Below are positions 18,754-28,476 of a stretch of DNA of 36,672 bases, piece by piece; position 1 is the stretch's first letter, and the number at the start of each line of letters is the position of its first letter. Made by a program: the position numbers and the translations under genes. The stretch covers positions 1 through 36,672 of the forward strand of contig JALUCS010000078.1 of the NCBI GenBank assembly GCA_027050205.1, given 5' to 3'. The notes under the pieces are model-generated. The model saw only the letters and a list, made by a program, of their open reading frames with translations. It made no database searches and was not told where the DNA came from. This stretch comes from a candidate division WOR-3 bacterium. GTDB taxonomy: Bacteria > Hydrothermota > Hydrothermia > LBFQ01.

Positions 18754-21559
18754 CTCTGTCAAGCCTGCTTTTTCCCACCCAATCCCCCTCCCTCAAGTAG
18801 AGATACTTCCACCTCTGACCGCTTTTACTGTTGATGATGTTGCACCACTTTTGGGCGGCGAGGTTCTTATCGGGTACTTGAATCTCCTCCCTCCCTTTAG
18901 TTTCAACGATATACATCCCATCCTTCGTCTTAACGATGAAATCTGGATAGAACCTCCTCCACTTCCTTTCCCTTGAATCATAGTAATCTATCTTAAGGCC
19001 TACAATATGGGGAACGTTCTTTATAAAGGAGACGACATCTTCGGCTTTTGTCAAGAAATTTACGAAGTCTGCCTCCATATCGTTATCCACAGGAGAGGAT
19101 GGCACTTTTATCTGCTCGTCATCCTCGTAGGCTATCCTGACGAGTAAGCTCTTATCCGAGTCCATAAAGTCCTTGTTCCAAGGGAAACTCTCAAGGTCGT
19201 CTATACCCCTCACTTCCTTTAATTCAACTTCATCTGAGAACATGGGGTTTTTAAGGATGTTTTTGAAGGCATCTAAGATGGCCTTCTTGACCTGCGGATA
19301 CCATCCCTTAGCCGATAGAAACCTCAAAACTCCATCGTCAAGCTCCACGGGGGAGTCAAATAACCTCTCGGTTATGTACCTCTCAAGGTATTCTAAAAGC
19401 AGGTGGAAGGAGTTGGGAAGTGGTATTTCGTTCTGTAAATCCTTTGCCAATTTTACCAGACGCACAGCAGGAACATCGTAGAGGTAGGTTTCAATCTCCC
19501 CTTTGTCCAAGACCCTGTCCTTCATATCAACAACTTCGTACTCGTATCTCTTACGGAACGCTTCAATCTCGTCGTATTTGAAGGTGCGGGATGGGAGCTG
19601 GGAGAAGGCGGTATCTATTATATCTTTTAAATTTATACTCTCGTTGAAGGACATAGCCTCGTAAATCGGTATTTCAAACTTCATCTCATCGCTTGCATCT
19701 ATCCGCGGGCCAAAGGATACGAAGAATTTATCCGGAGCTACAGGTATCTTGAAGCCCTCAATCTGCTCAAGATTATCAAGGATCTTCAGTAGGTTGGGAG
19801 GTCCCACCACCTCCAAAATATTCACCCAATTATCAACATCTACACCCTCGTTCGGGAAGAGCTTCCTAAGTCCCCTACCTATCACCTGTTCGGGGAGGAC
19901 CTCCCTCTTTGAGGCGTAAGACCTAAGACCGAGTATAACCGTCACGGACCTTACATCCCACCCCTCGTTCAACATCATAACGCTTGATATTACCTCAATG
20001 GGATTGTCGGGACGGTCAAGGTCCCTTACCAGCGTTAGGGCCAACTCTTTATCTATCTTCCTCTCCTCACCATCAATTTCTATCTTTGAAACTATTTCCT
20101 TCCCTCTCTTCTTGAGCTTGGCCTTCCAGTTGTCAAGCTCTGAATGTATTAGCATCATATTGGAGGGGTTTATGTCGGGTTCTTTAAGTAGTCTTTCGTA
20201 TATGGCCTCTGCGGTTGATATATCATCCGCCATTATGAAAAGAACGGACTTTTTACCCAGCTCTTTCAACTTCTTTTTATGTTTCCTCCATCTATCAAGG
20301 GCGGCGTTTATGTAGGGCATGAGGTCTTCTAAGGAGAATCCCCTCTTTATCGCCGGGGCGTTATGTACCAGCACTTTGGCAGGATACTTCACTATTCCCG
20401 TTTGAATTGCCTCCCTTAGGGAAAAATCAACGATTATCCAAGGGAACAAAGCCCCATCCTCATCCTTCGGGGTAGCGCTGAAATCAAGTTCCATAAATAT
20501 ACCCTTTGAATGGCTTTCCTCTAGCTCTTTGTGCAGATCCCATAGGTAGTTTTGCCAGCTGCTCTCCTCTCTATGGATGTGATGGGCCTCATCTTTGAGT
20601 ATCATCAGATTCGGGTAGTTTTTTAGTATCTCCCACAGTTTGATTGACGTAGCCTTGTAGGGATCGTTTCCCGGATCGGGTAAGTCAAACAGTGTAGCTA
20701 TAACGTCTTCCTTCCTCCTACTTTTCTTTCTAAATCCTATCTGATGGATGTTGCTCACGAATATCACCCCTTCATCATCCGGAGGTGGGAATCTATCGGC
20801 GTCCGAGAAGGTGTCCCTCGTTATAACCCGCAGTTTAAAATCTTTTTCCCACTCCTCCGGTATGAGATGAAACCCTCGGTAAATTGAGAGATCCTCAAGG
20901 TCCCTTCTCAACCTGTCATACACTATGAGGTTGGGAGCGACGAACAGGAAGAACCTCGCGTACCTATCTACGTCCTCGTAAAGATAGTTAAAAAACGACC
21001 ATACACTCAAAAGGGCCATAGTCAGGGTCTTACCTGAGCCTGTGGCCATCCTAAAGGCATATCTCGGATATATGTCGTATTTATCGTAATTACCGACCTC
21101 AAAAGCTCCGAATTTTTTCACTAAGTCGCTAACCTTAGTTATTTCCTCCACTTCGTAAAGGTAAATAAGGGTCTCAACTGCTTCTCTTTGAGAGAACCAG
21201 AATACTTTATCCCTTGGACGCTCAAACCAGAAGTCCAGTAAGTACCTCGTCGTATCCGAGACATCCGGATAGCCTTTCTCCCTCCACTCCTTTACCTTCA
21301 ATCTGAGATTATTAACACAAACGGCCTCGGAAGGGTATCGGGCGTAAGGGTTTCCCTTCTTCCTCTGACTGTTCGCCCACGCTACCCCATCAAGGATGTA
21401 TTTTTTGAACCGTCTTTCAACTAAATCAAGGAAATTCTCATCTATTCTGATCCATTTCGGGTAAGGCTCAAGGATTGAATGGGGAGGTATAAAGGTTATG
21501 TCTGCAGGGGGTTTTTCGACCTCAATTGTAGGAAAACTGCTCTTCCTTTTCCTCGGCAT
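18749..21559 (-). CDS. res: Type III restriction enzyme Res subunit-like protein (SF2 helicase plus PD-(D/E)XK nuclease)
   Basis: MATGSGKT, DEAHH, SATP, EGWDV and QVIGRGLR helicase motifs; C-terminal FYPDFIVK...IVETKG. Confidence 0.88.
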   Translation of the reverse strand: MPRKRKSSFPTIEVEKPPADITFIPPHSILEPYPKWIRIDENFLDLVERRFKKYILDGVAWANSQRKKGNPYARYPSEAVCVNNLRLKVKEWREKGYPDVSDTTRYLLDFWFERPRDKVFWFSQREAVETLIYLYEVEEITKVSDLVKKFGAFEVGNYDKYDIYPRYAFRMATGSGKTLTMALLSVWSFFNYLYEDVDRYARFFLFVAPNLIVYDRLRRDLEDLSIYRGFHLIPEEWEKDFKLRVITRDTFSDADRFPPPDDEGVIFVSNIHQIGFRKKSRRKEDVIATLFDLPDPGNDPYKATSIKLWEILKNYPNLMILKDEAHHIHREESSWQNYLWDLHKELEESHSKGIFMELDFSATPKDEDGALFPWIIVDFSLREAIQTGIVKYPAKVLVHNAPAIKRGFSLEDLMPYINAALDRWRKHKKKLKELGKKSVLFIMADDISTAEAIYERLLKEPDINPSNMMLIHSELDNWKAKLKKRGKEIVSKIEIDGEERKIDKELALTLVRDLDRPDNPIEVISSVMMLNEGWDVRSVTVILGLRSYASKREVLPEQVIGRGLRKLFPNEGVDVDNWVNILEVVGPPNLLKILDNLEQIEGFKIPVAPDKFFVSFGPRIDASDEMKFEIPIYEAMSFNESINLKDIIDTAFSQLPSRTFKYDEIEAFRKRYEYEVVDMKDRVLDKGEIETYLYDVPAVRLVKLAKDLQNEIPLPNSFHLLLEYLERYITERLFDSPVELDDGVLRFLSAKGWYPQVKKAILDAFKNILKNPMFSDEVELKEVRGIDDLESFPWNKDFMDSDKSLLVRIAYEDDEQIKVPSSPVDNDMEADFVNFLTKAEDVVSFIKNVPHIVGLKIDYYDSRERKWRRFYPDFIVKTKDGMYIVETKGREEIQVPDKNLAAQKWCNIINSKSGQRWKYLYLREGDWVGKSRLDRV

Positions 21560-21562
21560 ATT

Positions 21563-23608
21563 TTACCCCCTTACATTAACGATTACCTCCTTTGATGTCT
21601 CCCCTCCAAAAATATCCGTTATCTTGACCACTACCCTATAAGTCCCCGGTTCGCTATACGTGTGCTTAGCCTTCACTTCTACCTTACCCTCACCGGGTTT
21701 CCTATCAAAACTGACGAAGTCGTGCTTAAACACCGTCCCATCGTAGTTCCAGTCTACTGCCCAGTAATTTATGAGAGGGAGGAAGTACTTCCTCTTGGTG
21801 GCGTCCGTCTTGGCCTCCTCTATCCTCTTTCTTATCTCCTCCTCAAGGTCCTCGTAGCCGTGGGGAAACCTGACCCAGAAATCCTTTATTTCAAGCTCAA
21901 CCTTCAGCCCGTCCTCCCTAACGGCAAGCCACACGTATCCCGGTTCAACGAACCGTAGATGCTTCCTTACTTCCTCGTCAAAGGCGAGTTCAAAGCTAAC
22001 GAGTTTTGATAGGTCAAGTTTGTACTTCTTCATCACCTCCTCAAGTTTTGAGATGGGAGGAATGTGCAGTAGTCTTAACTTAACCTCTTGCATCTCCCAG
22101 ATGTCCTTGGCCCTCTCAAAGGTGTCCGGCGCCCAATCCCAGCCGAGTATTACAAGCGTCCATCCCTCCCTGTAGAACGGAGTTTCTTTAAACTCCTTAA
22201 TAACCTCGTAAATCTCGGCGGGCGTGACAGGGAAGTTCGCCTGTCCAACGTGGATTATTTCCTTATCTTTCCGCTTCAAACCGTGCAGGTATTTGAAGGG
22301 CTGTTTCATCCTTTCAGCCCCGTAGAGGTTCAGGATGAGGTTTATAACCTCGGAGCGATTTTGCATCTTATCGGTCATATAGTTGGCTATGGTAATGAGG
22401 TAGAAGGGTCTCGGTGGTTTATCGTATCTGGGTCTTTTCCGCTCGTCCTCAACCTTTATGCCAAGGGCCTTTGAGCGGGCTATATCAAGGAGTCTCTTTC
22501 TCGTTACGTGAACGGCATACTTTGACATATCCACACATACCCAACGCCTTCCCAATTTCTCCGCAACCGCCGCTAAGGTGCCAGAGCCACAGAAGAAGTC
22601 TGCCACTATATCCCCTTCGTTTGAGGATGCAAGGATGATGCGTTCAAGGAGTTTTTCGGGTTTTTGGGTGGGGTAATTTATTTTTTCTGGGTTCCAACCA
22701 GTCACTACTTCTATGTCGTCCCACCAATCTGTAATGAATTGCCCTTTTTCTAAATCAATCTTAATATCTCCATATACTTTAGCATATGTACTATGAATCC
22801 CTACCTGTTGTGTACTTTCTTTATAAGGTTTTCGTAGTAAAGGTTCATCTTTGTTAAATGTAACTTCCTTAGTTTTTGAATATCTTAGGATTACATCATG
22901 TTTCCGTGGAAAATCCTCTTTTGGCTGTCCTCCGCCTCCATAACACCACACAATCTCATTCCTAAAATTCTCCCTCCCAAAAATCTCATCCATCATCAAC
23001 TTCACATAATGCACCATCCTGTAGTCCAAATGCACGTAGATAGACCCGTCATTCGCCAACAGCTCCTTCATCAAAACGAGCCTCTCGTACATATAGGTGA
23101 GGTAGGACGCTATCCTCTCCTCCGGAGTTCTCCCTCCCCACATATCCCTATAGGCGAGCTCCTCCACAATTGATGGGTTCTTTACGATTTCGTTCTTCGG
23201 TATAAATCTCTTCCAGCTTTCCGGCATAGGTACTTTAAAGGAAAAATCAGCACCGGTTGCAAAGGGAGGGTCAATATAAATGAGCTTTATCTTCCCCCGC
23301 AGGTTGAGCTTATCACCGTTTATACTGATACCCTGCAAGAGTGAAGATATAGCCAGCTTGTTGTCTCCCCATATCAAAAGGTTCTTCCAGTTCTTCGGAT
23401 AGTTCTTCGGCCACTCCTCTTCGGGGAAGATAGGAAACAGGTTCCTACGGGTTGAGCGTTTTTTGTCTATACCGAGAAGCTCTATCTTTTGAAAAGGTAA
23501 GGGAATCCTCTTAACCTCTCTTACCTTCCCATAGTTCCTATCAACGCTATCCCTCGTAAATCTCCTTTCCCTCTTCCCATCCCAGAGCAGCTCAACCCAT
23601 CCGTGCAT
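21563..23608 (-). CDS. mod: Type III-like Mod subunit, beta-class N6-adenine DNA methyltransferase
   Basis: NLLIWGDN, IYIDPPF, FRNEIVW, YPTQKPEKLLERII and DFFCGSGT motifs; start moved to ATG 23608, 9 nt after TATAAT. Confidence 0.9.
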   Translation of the reverse strand: MHGWVELLWDGKRERRFTRDSVDRNYGKVREVKRIPLPFQKIELLGIDKKRSTRRNLFPIFPEEEWPKNYPKNWKNLLIWGDNKLAISSLLQGISINGDKLNLRGKIKLIYIDPPFATGADFSFKVPMPESWKRFIPKNEIVKNPSIVEELAYRDMWGGRTPEERIASYLTYMYERLVLMKELLANDGSIYVHLDYRMVHYVKLMMDEIFGRENFRNEIVWCYGGGGQPKEDFPRKHDVILRYSKTKEVTFNKDEPLLRKPYKESTQQVGIHSTYAKVYGDIKIDLEKGQFITDWWDDIEVVTGWNPEKINYPTQKPEKLLERIILASSNEGDIVADFFCGSGTLAAVAEKLGRRWVCVDMSKYAVHVTRKRLLDIARSKALGIKVEDERKRPRYDKPPRPFYLITIANYMTDKMQNRSEVINLILNLYGAERMKQPFKYLHGLKRKDKEIIHVGQANFPVTPAEIYEVIKEFKETPFYREGWTLVILGWDWAPDTFERAKDIWEMQEVKLRLLHIPPISKLEEVMKKYKLDLSKLVSFELAFDEEVRKHLRFVEPGYVWLAVREDGLKVELEIKDFWVRFPHGYEDLEEEIRKRIEEAKTDATKRKYFLPLINYWAVDWNYDGTVFKHDFVSFDRKPGEGKVEVKAKHTYSEPGTYRVVVKITDIFGGETSKEVIVNVRG

Positions 23609-23684
23609 ACGACGGGTATTATATAGGGGGAAATACGTCGCCGACCTCAACCCTCCCCCTTCGCCCCGTTAAAATCCCCACCTG

Positions 23685-26348
23685 ATGGAGAGAGAGTACA
23701 ACCCCCGCAGGATAGAGGAGAAGTGGCAGAGATTCTGGGAGGAGAGGAAGCTCTACAAGGCCCCGGAGCCGCCCAGACGCAAGTACTACGTCCTTGAGAT
23801 GTTTCCCTACCCCTCCGGTAAGGACTTGCATATGGGCCACCTCAAGAACTACACCATCGGCGACGCCGTTGCCCGCACCAAGATGATGGAGGGGTACGAC
23901 GTCCTCCATCCCATGGGTTGGGACTCCTTCGGCCTGCCGGCCGAGAACGCCGCCATAAAGTACGGTGTCCATCCGAGGGAATGGACGTACAAGAACATAG
24001 AGGGCTTCAGGTCCCAGCTCAAGATGATGGGCATATCCTACGACTGGGACAGGGAGTTCGCCACCTCCGACCCCGAATACTACCGCTGGACTCAAAGACT
24101 CTTCCTCCTGCTCTACGAGAGGGGGCTTGCCTACAGGAAGGGGGGATGGGTAAACTGGTGTCCCACGTGTAAGACCGTCCTTGCCAACGAGCAGGTGATA
24201 GATGGGAAGTGCGAGAGGTGTAAGACGCCCGTCGTAAAGAAGAGGCTGACGCAGTGGTACTTCAAGATAACGGCCTACGCCGACAGGCTCCTTGAGGACC
24301 TGAAGAAACTTGAGGGACACTGGCCGGAGAGCGTCATAAAGCAGCAGAGGAACTGGATAGGCAGAAGCGAGGGGACGGAGATTGTCTTTATGGAGGGGGA
24401 TCTGCCCATAAGGGTATTCACTACGAGGGCCGACACCCTCTTCGGCGTGACCTTCCTTAGCATTGCCCCCGACGGCCCCGTAATTGAGGAGATCCTCAAG
24501 AGGGTATCCCCGGAGGTAAGGGGGAGGATAGAGGACTACATCCAGAAGGCCCTACTCACCTCACCGGAGGAGAGGACGAAGAGTAAGACGGGGGTATTCA
24601 CCGGCCTGTACGCCACCCACCCCTTTACTAAGGAGAGCGTACCCATCTTCGTAGCCGACTACGTCCTCGGTGAGTACGGCACCGGCGCCGTCATGGGGGT
24701 ACCCGCCCACGACCAGAGGGACTACGAGTTCGCCCGTCAGTTCAACCTCCCCATAAAGGTCGTGATATTCCCGCCCGACAGCGACCCGGAGGCGATGGAG
24801 GAGTTCATAAACGCCACCTGCGAGGAGACGGACAGCGAAGACTTCACCCTTGAGTACAGGGGAAAGAGGTACAGTTGCCGGATGAAGAGGGCCTACGAGG
24901 GGAAGGGGATCCTTAAAAACTCCGGGGAATTCACCGGCCTAACCTCCGACGAGGCCATCAGGAGGATAGGGGAGAGATTGAAGGAGATGGGACTGGGAGG
25001 CCCCACCGTCTCCTACCGCCTCAGGGACTGGCTCGTCTCCCGCCAGAGGTACTGGGGGGCGCCCATACCCGTCGTCCACTGTGAGAGGTGCGGGGTGGTA
25101 CCCGTACCGGAGGACCAGCTACCCGTACTTCTGCCCGATATTGAGGACTTCAAGCCGAAGGGGAGGTCCCCCCTTGAGAACGTCCCGGAGTTCATAAACA
25201 CCACCTGCCCGAAGTGCGGAGGCCCCGCCAAGAGGGACCCGGACACGATGGACACCTTCGTGGACTCCTCCTGGTACTTCCTCCGCTTCACCGACCCCCA
25301 CAACGACCGGGAGATGTTCTCCCCGGATAAGGCCAACACCTGGATGCCCGTGGATCAGTACATCGGAGGGGCAGAGCATGCCACCAAACACCTCATATAC
25401 GCCCGCTTCATAACCAAAGTCCTTTACGACGCCGGCCTCCTGAAGTACGACGAGCCTTTCTCCAACCTCTTTACCCAGGGCCTCGTCCTGATGGGGTTCT
25501 GGTGGTGCAAGACGTGCAACCGAAAGATAGAGGAGGACGAGGTCTACGACATCTACGAGGAGGGGAACGAGAAGAAGGGGTACCACGACACCCCACAAGG
25601 TAAGCACGAGGTGGTCTGGCTCGTTGAGATGATGTCCAAATCCCGCGGGAACGTCGTACCCCTCGGCCCCTTCGTGCGGGAGTACGGGGCGGACGCCGCC
25701 CGCATAGCCATACTCTTCGCCGCCCCGCCGGAGCAGGACTTTGAGTGGACCGACGCCATAAAGAGGTCGGCGATCAACTTCCTCAACCGGGTTTGGCGCA
25801 CCTTCTACGCCCTGAAGGAGGCCGGGATAACCCCGAAGGCGGAGCCGGACACCGCGAAGGATAAAGACCTCCTCCTGCTGGCCAACCGCACCATCGCCGG
25901 TGTGAGGGAGGATCTGGACCGCTTCAAGTTCAATACCGCCCTGTCCAAGCTGATGGTGATGCTCTCCGAGCTGAAGCCGGAAAAGTACTCCCCCCACAAC
26001 CTCGGTTGGGCCTTGCAGGTCTTCGTCAGGCTCCTGGCTCCCTTCGCCCCCCACCTCGCCGAGGAGCTTTATCACGAGTTCGGCATGGACTCGCTCTTCG
26101 GTAAGGAGAGCGTCTTCAGGGTCCCCCTGCCGGAGGTTGTCAGCGGGGTTGAGGAGGAGGAGGTGAGTATCGGGGTGCAGTTCAACGGTAAGACCCGCGG
26201 CAGCATAAACGTACCTAAGGACGCCGACGAGGAGACCGTCCTCAACCTCCTGCGGGAGCATCCGAAGCTGAAGAGGTACCTTGAGGGCAAGGAAATAAAG
26301 CGGGTGATATACGTTCCGGGGAGGTTGATAAACGTCATAGTGGGCTGA
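23685..26348 (+). CDS. leuS: Leucine--tRNA ligase
   Basis: MFPYPSG, HMGH (HIGH), GTGAVMGVPAHDQRD editing domain, DWLVSRQRYWG and MMSKS (KMSKS). Confidence 0.97.
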   Translation: MEREYNPRRIEEKWQRFWEERKLYKAPEPPRRKYYVLEMFPYPSGKDLHMGHLKNYTIGDAVARTKMMEGYDVLHPMGWDSFGLPAENAAIKYGVHPREWTYKNIEGFRSQLKMMGISYDWDREFATSDPEYYRWTQRLFLLLYERGLAYRKGGWVNWCPTCKTVLANEQVIDGKCERCKTPVVKKRLTQWYFKITAYADRLLEDLKKLEGHWPESVIKQQRNWIGRSEGTEIVFMEGDLPIRVFTTRADTLFGVTFLSIAPDGPVIEEILKRVSPEVRGRIEDYIQKALLTSPEERTKSKTGVFTGLYATHPFTKESVPIFVADYVLGEYGTGAVMGVPAHDQRDYEFARQFNLPIKVVIFPPDSDPEAMEEFINATCEETDSEDFTLEYRGKRYSCRMKRAYEGKGILKNSGEFTGLTSDEAIRRIGERLKEMGLGGPTVSYRLRDWLVSRQRYWGAPIPVVHCERCGVVPVPEDQLPVLLPDIEDFKPKGRSPLENVPEFINTTCPKCGGPAKRDPDTMDTFVDSSWYFLRFTDPHNDREMFSPDKANTWMPVDQYIGGAEHATKHLIYARFITKVLYDAGLLKYDEPFSNLFTQGLVLMGFWWCKTCNRKIEEDEVYDIYEEGNEKKGYHDTPQGKHEVVWLVEMMSKSRGNVVPLGPFVREYGADAARIAILFAAPPEQDFEWTDAIKRSAINFLNRVWRTFYALKEAGITPKAEPDTAKDKDLLLLANRTIAGVREDLDRFKFNTALSKLMVMLSELKPEKYSPHNLGWALQVFVRLLAPFAPHLAEELYHEFGMDSLFGKESVFRVPLPEVVSGVEEEEVSIGVQFNGKTRGSINVPKDADEETVLNLLREHPKLKRYLEGKEIKRVIYVPGRLINVIVG

Positions 26349-26353
26349 CCGGT

Positions 26354-26380
26354 GGGGGCGGTATTCGAACCGCCCCCCTT
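26354..26380 (+). terminator. Hairpin after leuS (probable terminator)
   Basis: GGGGGCGGT-ATTCGA-ACCGCCCCC stem with only a short T tail; abuts the -10 of the next gene. Confidence 0.6.
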
Positions 26381-26392
26381 AAAATCGTACCC

Positions 26393-27121
26393 TTGATAGA
26401 GCTGAAGAAACTGAAGAAGTACTTCGGAAATTTGAAGGTGTTGGACGGCATAGACCTGAAGGTTCCGACGGGGGATACGGTGGTCGTCCTCGGTAGGAGT
26501 GGCGTTGGCAAATCCGTCCTCCTCAAATGTACGGTTGGCCTCATAAAGCCGACGTCGGGAGAAGTGTGGGTCAAGGGGGTGAGGGTGGATAGGGCGGACT
26601 GGGATACCCTAAGCCGACTGCGGAAGAGGTTCGGCTACGTCTTTCAGGGGGCGGCCCTCTTTGACTGGATGAGCGTCCTGGAGAACGTTATGCTTCCCCT
26701 CGTGGAGTCGGGGGTGAGGGTGAAGGAGGCACGGGAGAGGGCTATGGAGGCTCTGGAGCATGTGGGACTTCGGGACGCCTACGCCAAGTACCCTTCGGAA
26801 CTCTCCGGCGGTATGAGGAAGAGGGTGGGGATAGCGAGGGCGATAGTGGTGGACCCGGAATACATCTTCTACGACGAGCCTACGAGCGGCCTGGACCCCA
26901 TGACCTCCCGGCTAATATACGACCTGATGGAAAAGTTGGACGAGGAGTTGGACGCCACCACCGTCATAATCTCCCACGACGTCGTCCTCGCCAAACGCTT
27001 TGGCAAGAGGGTGGTCTTCCTTGAGGGGGGTAAGATAGCCTACGACGGCCCCATATCGGAGGCTCACAGATCCCCGGAGTTCCTGCGATTCCTCGGTGAG
27101 GAGTTGGTCTCCCTCCTCTGA
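26393..27121 (+). CDS. ABC transporter ATP-binding protein, MlaF/Ttg2A-like
   Basis: GRSGVGKS, FQGAALFD, LSGGMRKRVGIARA and YDEPTSGLDP motifs. Confidence 0.88.
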   Translation: MIELKKLKKYFGNLKVLDGIDLKVPTGDTVVVLGRSGVGKSVLLKCTVGLIKPTSGEVWVKGVRVDRADWDTLSRLRKRFGYVFQGAALFDWMSVLENVMLPLVESGVRVKEARERAMEALEHVGLRDAYAKYPSELSGGMRKRVGIARAIVVDPEYIFYDEPTSGLDPMTSRLIYDLMEKLDEELDATTVIISHDVVLAKRFGKRVVFLEGGKIAYDGPISEAHRSPEFLRFLGEELVSLL

Positions 27122-28476
27122 AATAGGGCGGAGGCCACCACCATAACCATCACGGCCTCAAACTGAAAACGGAACCGCATATTTTCCCGCCTCTCAAACG
27201 CCGTATGGACGGCCAAGAGGTAGAGGAGGAGGACGGATAGGGTGCCGTAGGCCGGGTCCTTCAGGAGGCGGGGCAGGAGTAGGAGGAAGGCCAAAATCAG
27301 GAGGAGGACGGTTATCCCCGGAAACTTGAGGCCAGCCCATCCGTAGAAGAGGTCGTAGGTAAAGAGGAGGGGTTTCAGGCTTCCAAAGATGCGGAGGTTT
27401 TTGTCGTTGAATATGAGGTGGAAGCGACCCATATACACGTATGCGTAGGGGGGATAGGTGAAGTTCTTGAGGGCGGAGAGGACAGCCCTAAGGTAGATGT
27501 AGGGGTAGTGGAGGAAGAGGCGGAGGTTGTCCTTGAGGAGGAGACGGGAGGCGAGGGGATAGACGGCGTGGTTGTAGTTGTGGTCCCCGGTGGTAGGCTC
27601 GTAAAGGGAGTCAAGGACGACCACACCGGTGCGACTCCTGAAGCCGAGCATATCGGCATACACCTCCGGCGGGGAGAAGGGGTAGGTGGTCATAAGGGCG
27701 GAAACGATACCCTCCTCGTGGAGCCTTTTGAACCTCTCCTCACCCCACCCCGGCATGTTCCACACCAGGCGGGTGATGTTCATCCCCGTCCAGCTCGTTG
27801 ATGAGAAGGTGCCGAAGAGGGCGTAGTTTTTGAGGTACCAAAGGAAGGTCGGGAGGGAGGCCATAAGTAGGGCGAAGAGGACGACCTTCCACCTGTCCCG
27901 GAGGTACCAGAACATCGCCCCACCGATGAGGGCGAAGAGGACGAGGTGGTAGCTCGTGCGGAGGAGGGTCAGAAGTGTCAGGACGGAGAGGGCGAGGATA
28001 AGGCGACGGAAGGTGGGCCTCCGTACGGCCCTTACTAAGAGGAGGGAGAGGAGGGAGGTAAGGAACAGTACGGGGTAGGTGTAGAAGTACCACGTCTCGT
28101 ACAGGAAGGAGGAGGGGTTGAGGACGAAGACGACGGCAACGATTACGGCCGAGAGCCACCTGCGGAGACCGAGGGACAGGCCGAGGAGGTAGAGGAGGAA
28201 GGTCGTGAGGAAGCCCATAGACAGGTAGAGGAGGTCAAGGAATAGGGTAGGGGAGGGGAGGCGGAGGGCGAAGGCCGTCAGGAGGTTGAAGAGGGGGGGT
28301 TGCATGTGCATGTACCATACCGAGGTCAGGGGGGCCTCCCGGAGCCAGGCCGGGTCCAAGAGCTGCCAAGCCCAGTGGAGGGAGGAGGTGTCAAACTCCA
28401 TCCCCAGAACGACCCTCAATAGGAACCTCGTCCCGGCGAAGAGGAGGAGCAGTAGAAGGGCGTAGGGGTCCCTCAT
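27064..28476 (-). CDS. Polytopic membrane protein, possible GT-C-fold glycosyltransferase
   Basis: Many TM helices, a HMQPPLFN loop motif, a large periplasmic loop and C-terminal RENMRFR. Confidence 0.65.
   Translation of the reverse strand: MRDPYALLLLLLFAGTRFLLRVVLGMEFDTSSLHWAWQLLDPAWLREAPLTSVWYMHMQPPLFNLLTAFALRLPSPTLFLDLLYLSMGFLTTFLLYLLGLSLGLRRWLSAVIVAVVFVLNPSSFLYETWYFYTYPVLFLTSLLSLLLVRAVRRPTFRRLILALSVLTLLTLLRTSYHLVLFALIGGAMFWYLRDRWKVVLFALLMASLPTFLWYLKNYALFGTFSSTSWTGMNITRLVWNMPGWGEERFKRLHEEGIVSALMTTYPFSPPEVYADMLGFRSRTGVVVLDSLYEPTTGDHNYNHAVYPLASRLLLKDNLRLFLHYPYIYLRAVLSALKNFTYPPYAYVYMGRFHLIFNDKNLRIFGSLKPLLFTYDLFYGWAGLKFPGITVLLLILAFLLLLPRLLKDPAYGTLSVLLLYLLAVHTAFERRENMRFRFQFEAVMVMVVASALFQRRETNSSPRNRRNSGDL

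Noticed and set aside
21563..23608. Phase-variable simple sequence repeat in mod
   Set aside because: No long homopolymer or tandem short repeat seen, and the frame is intact.
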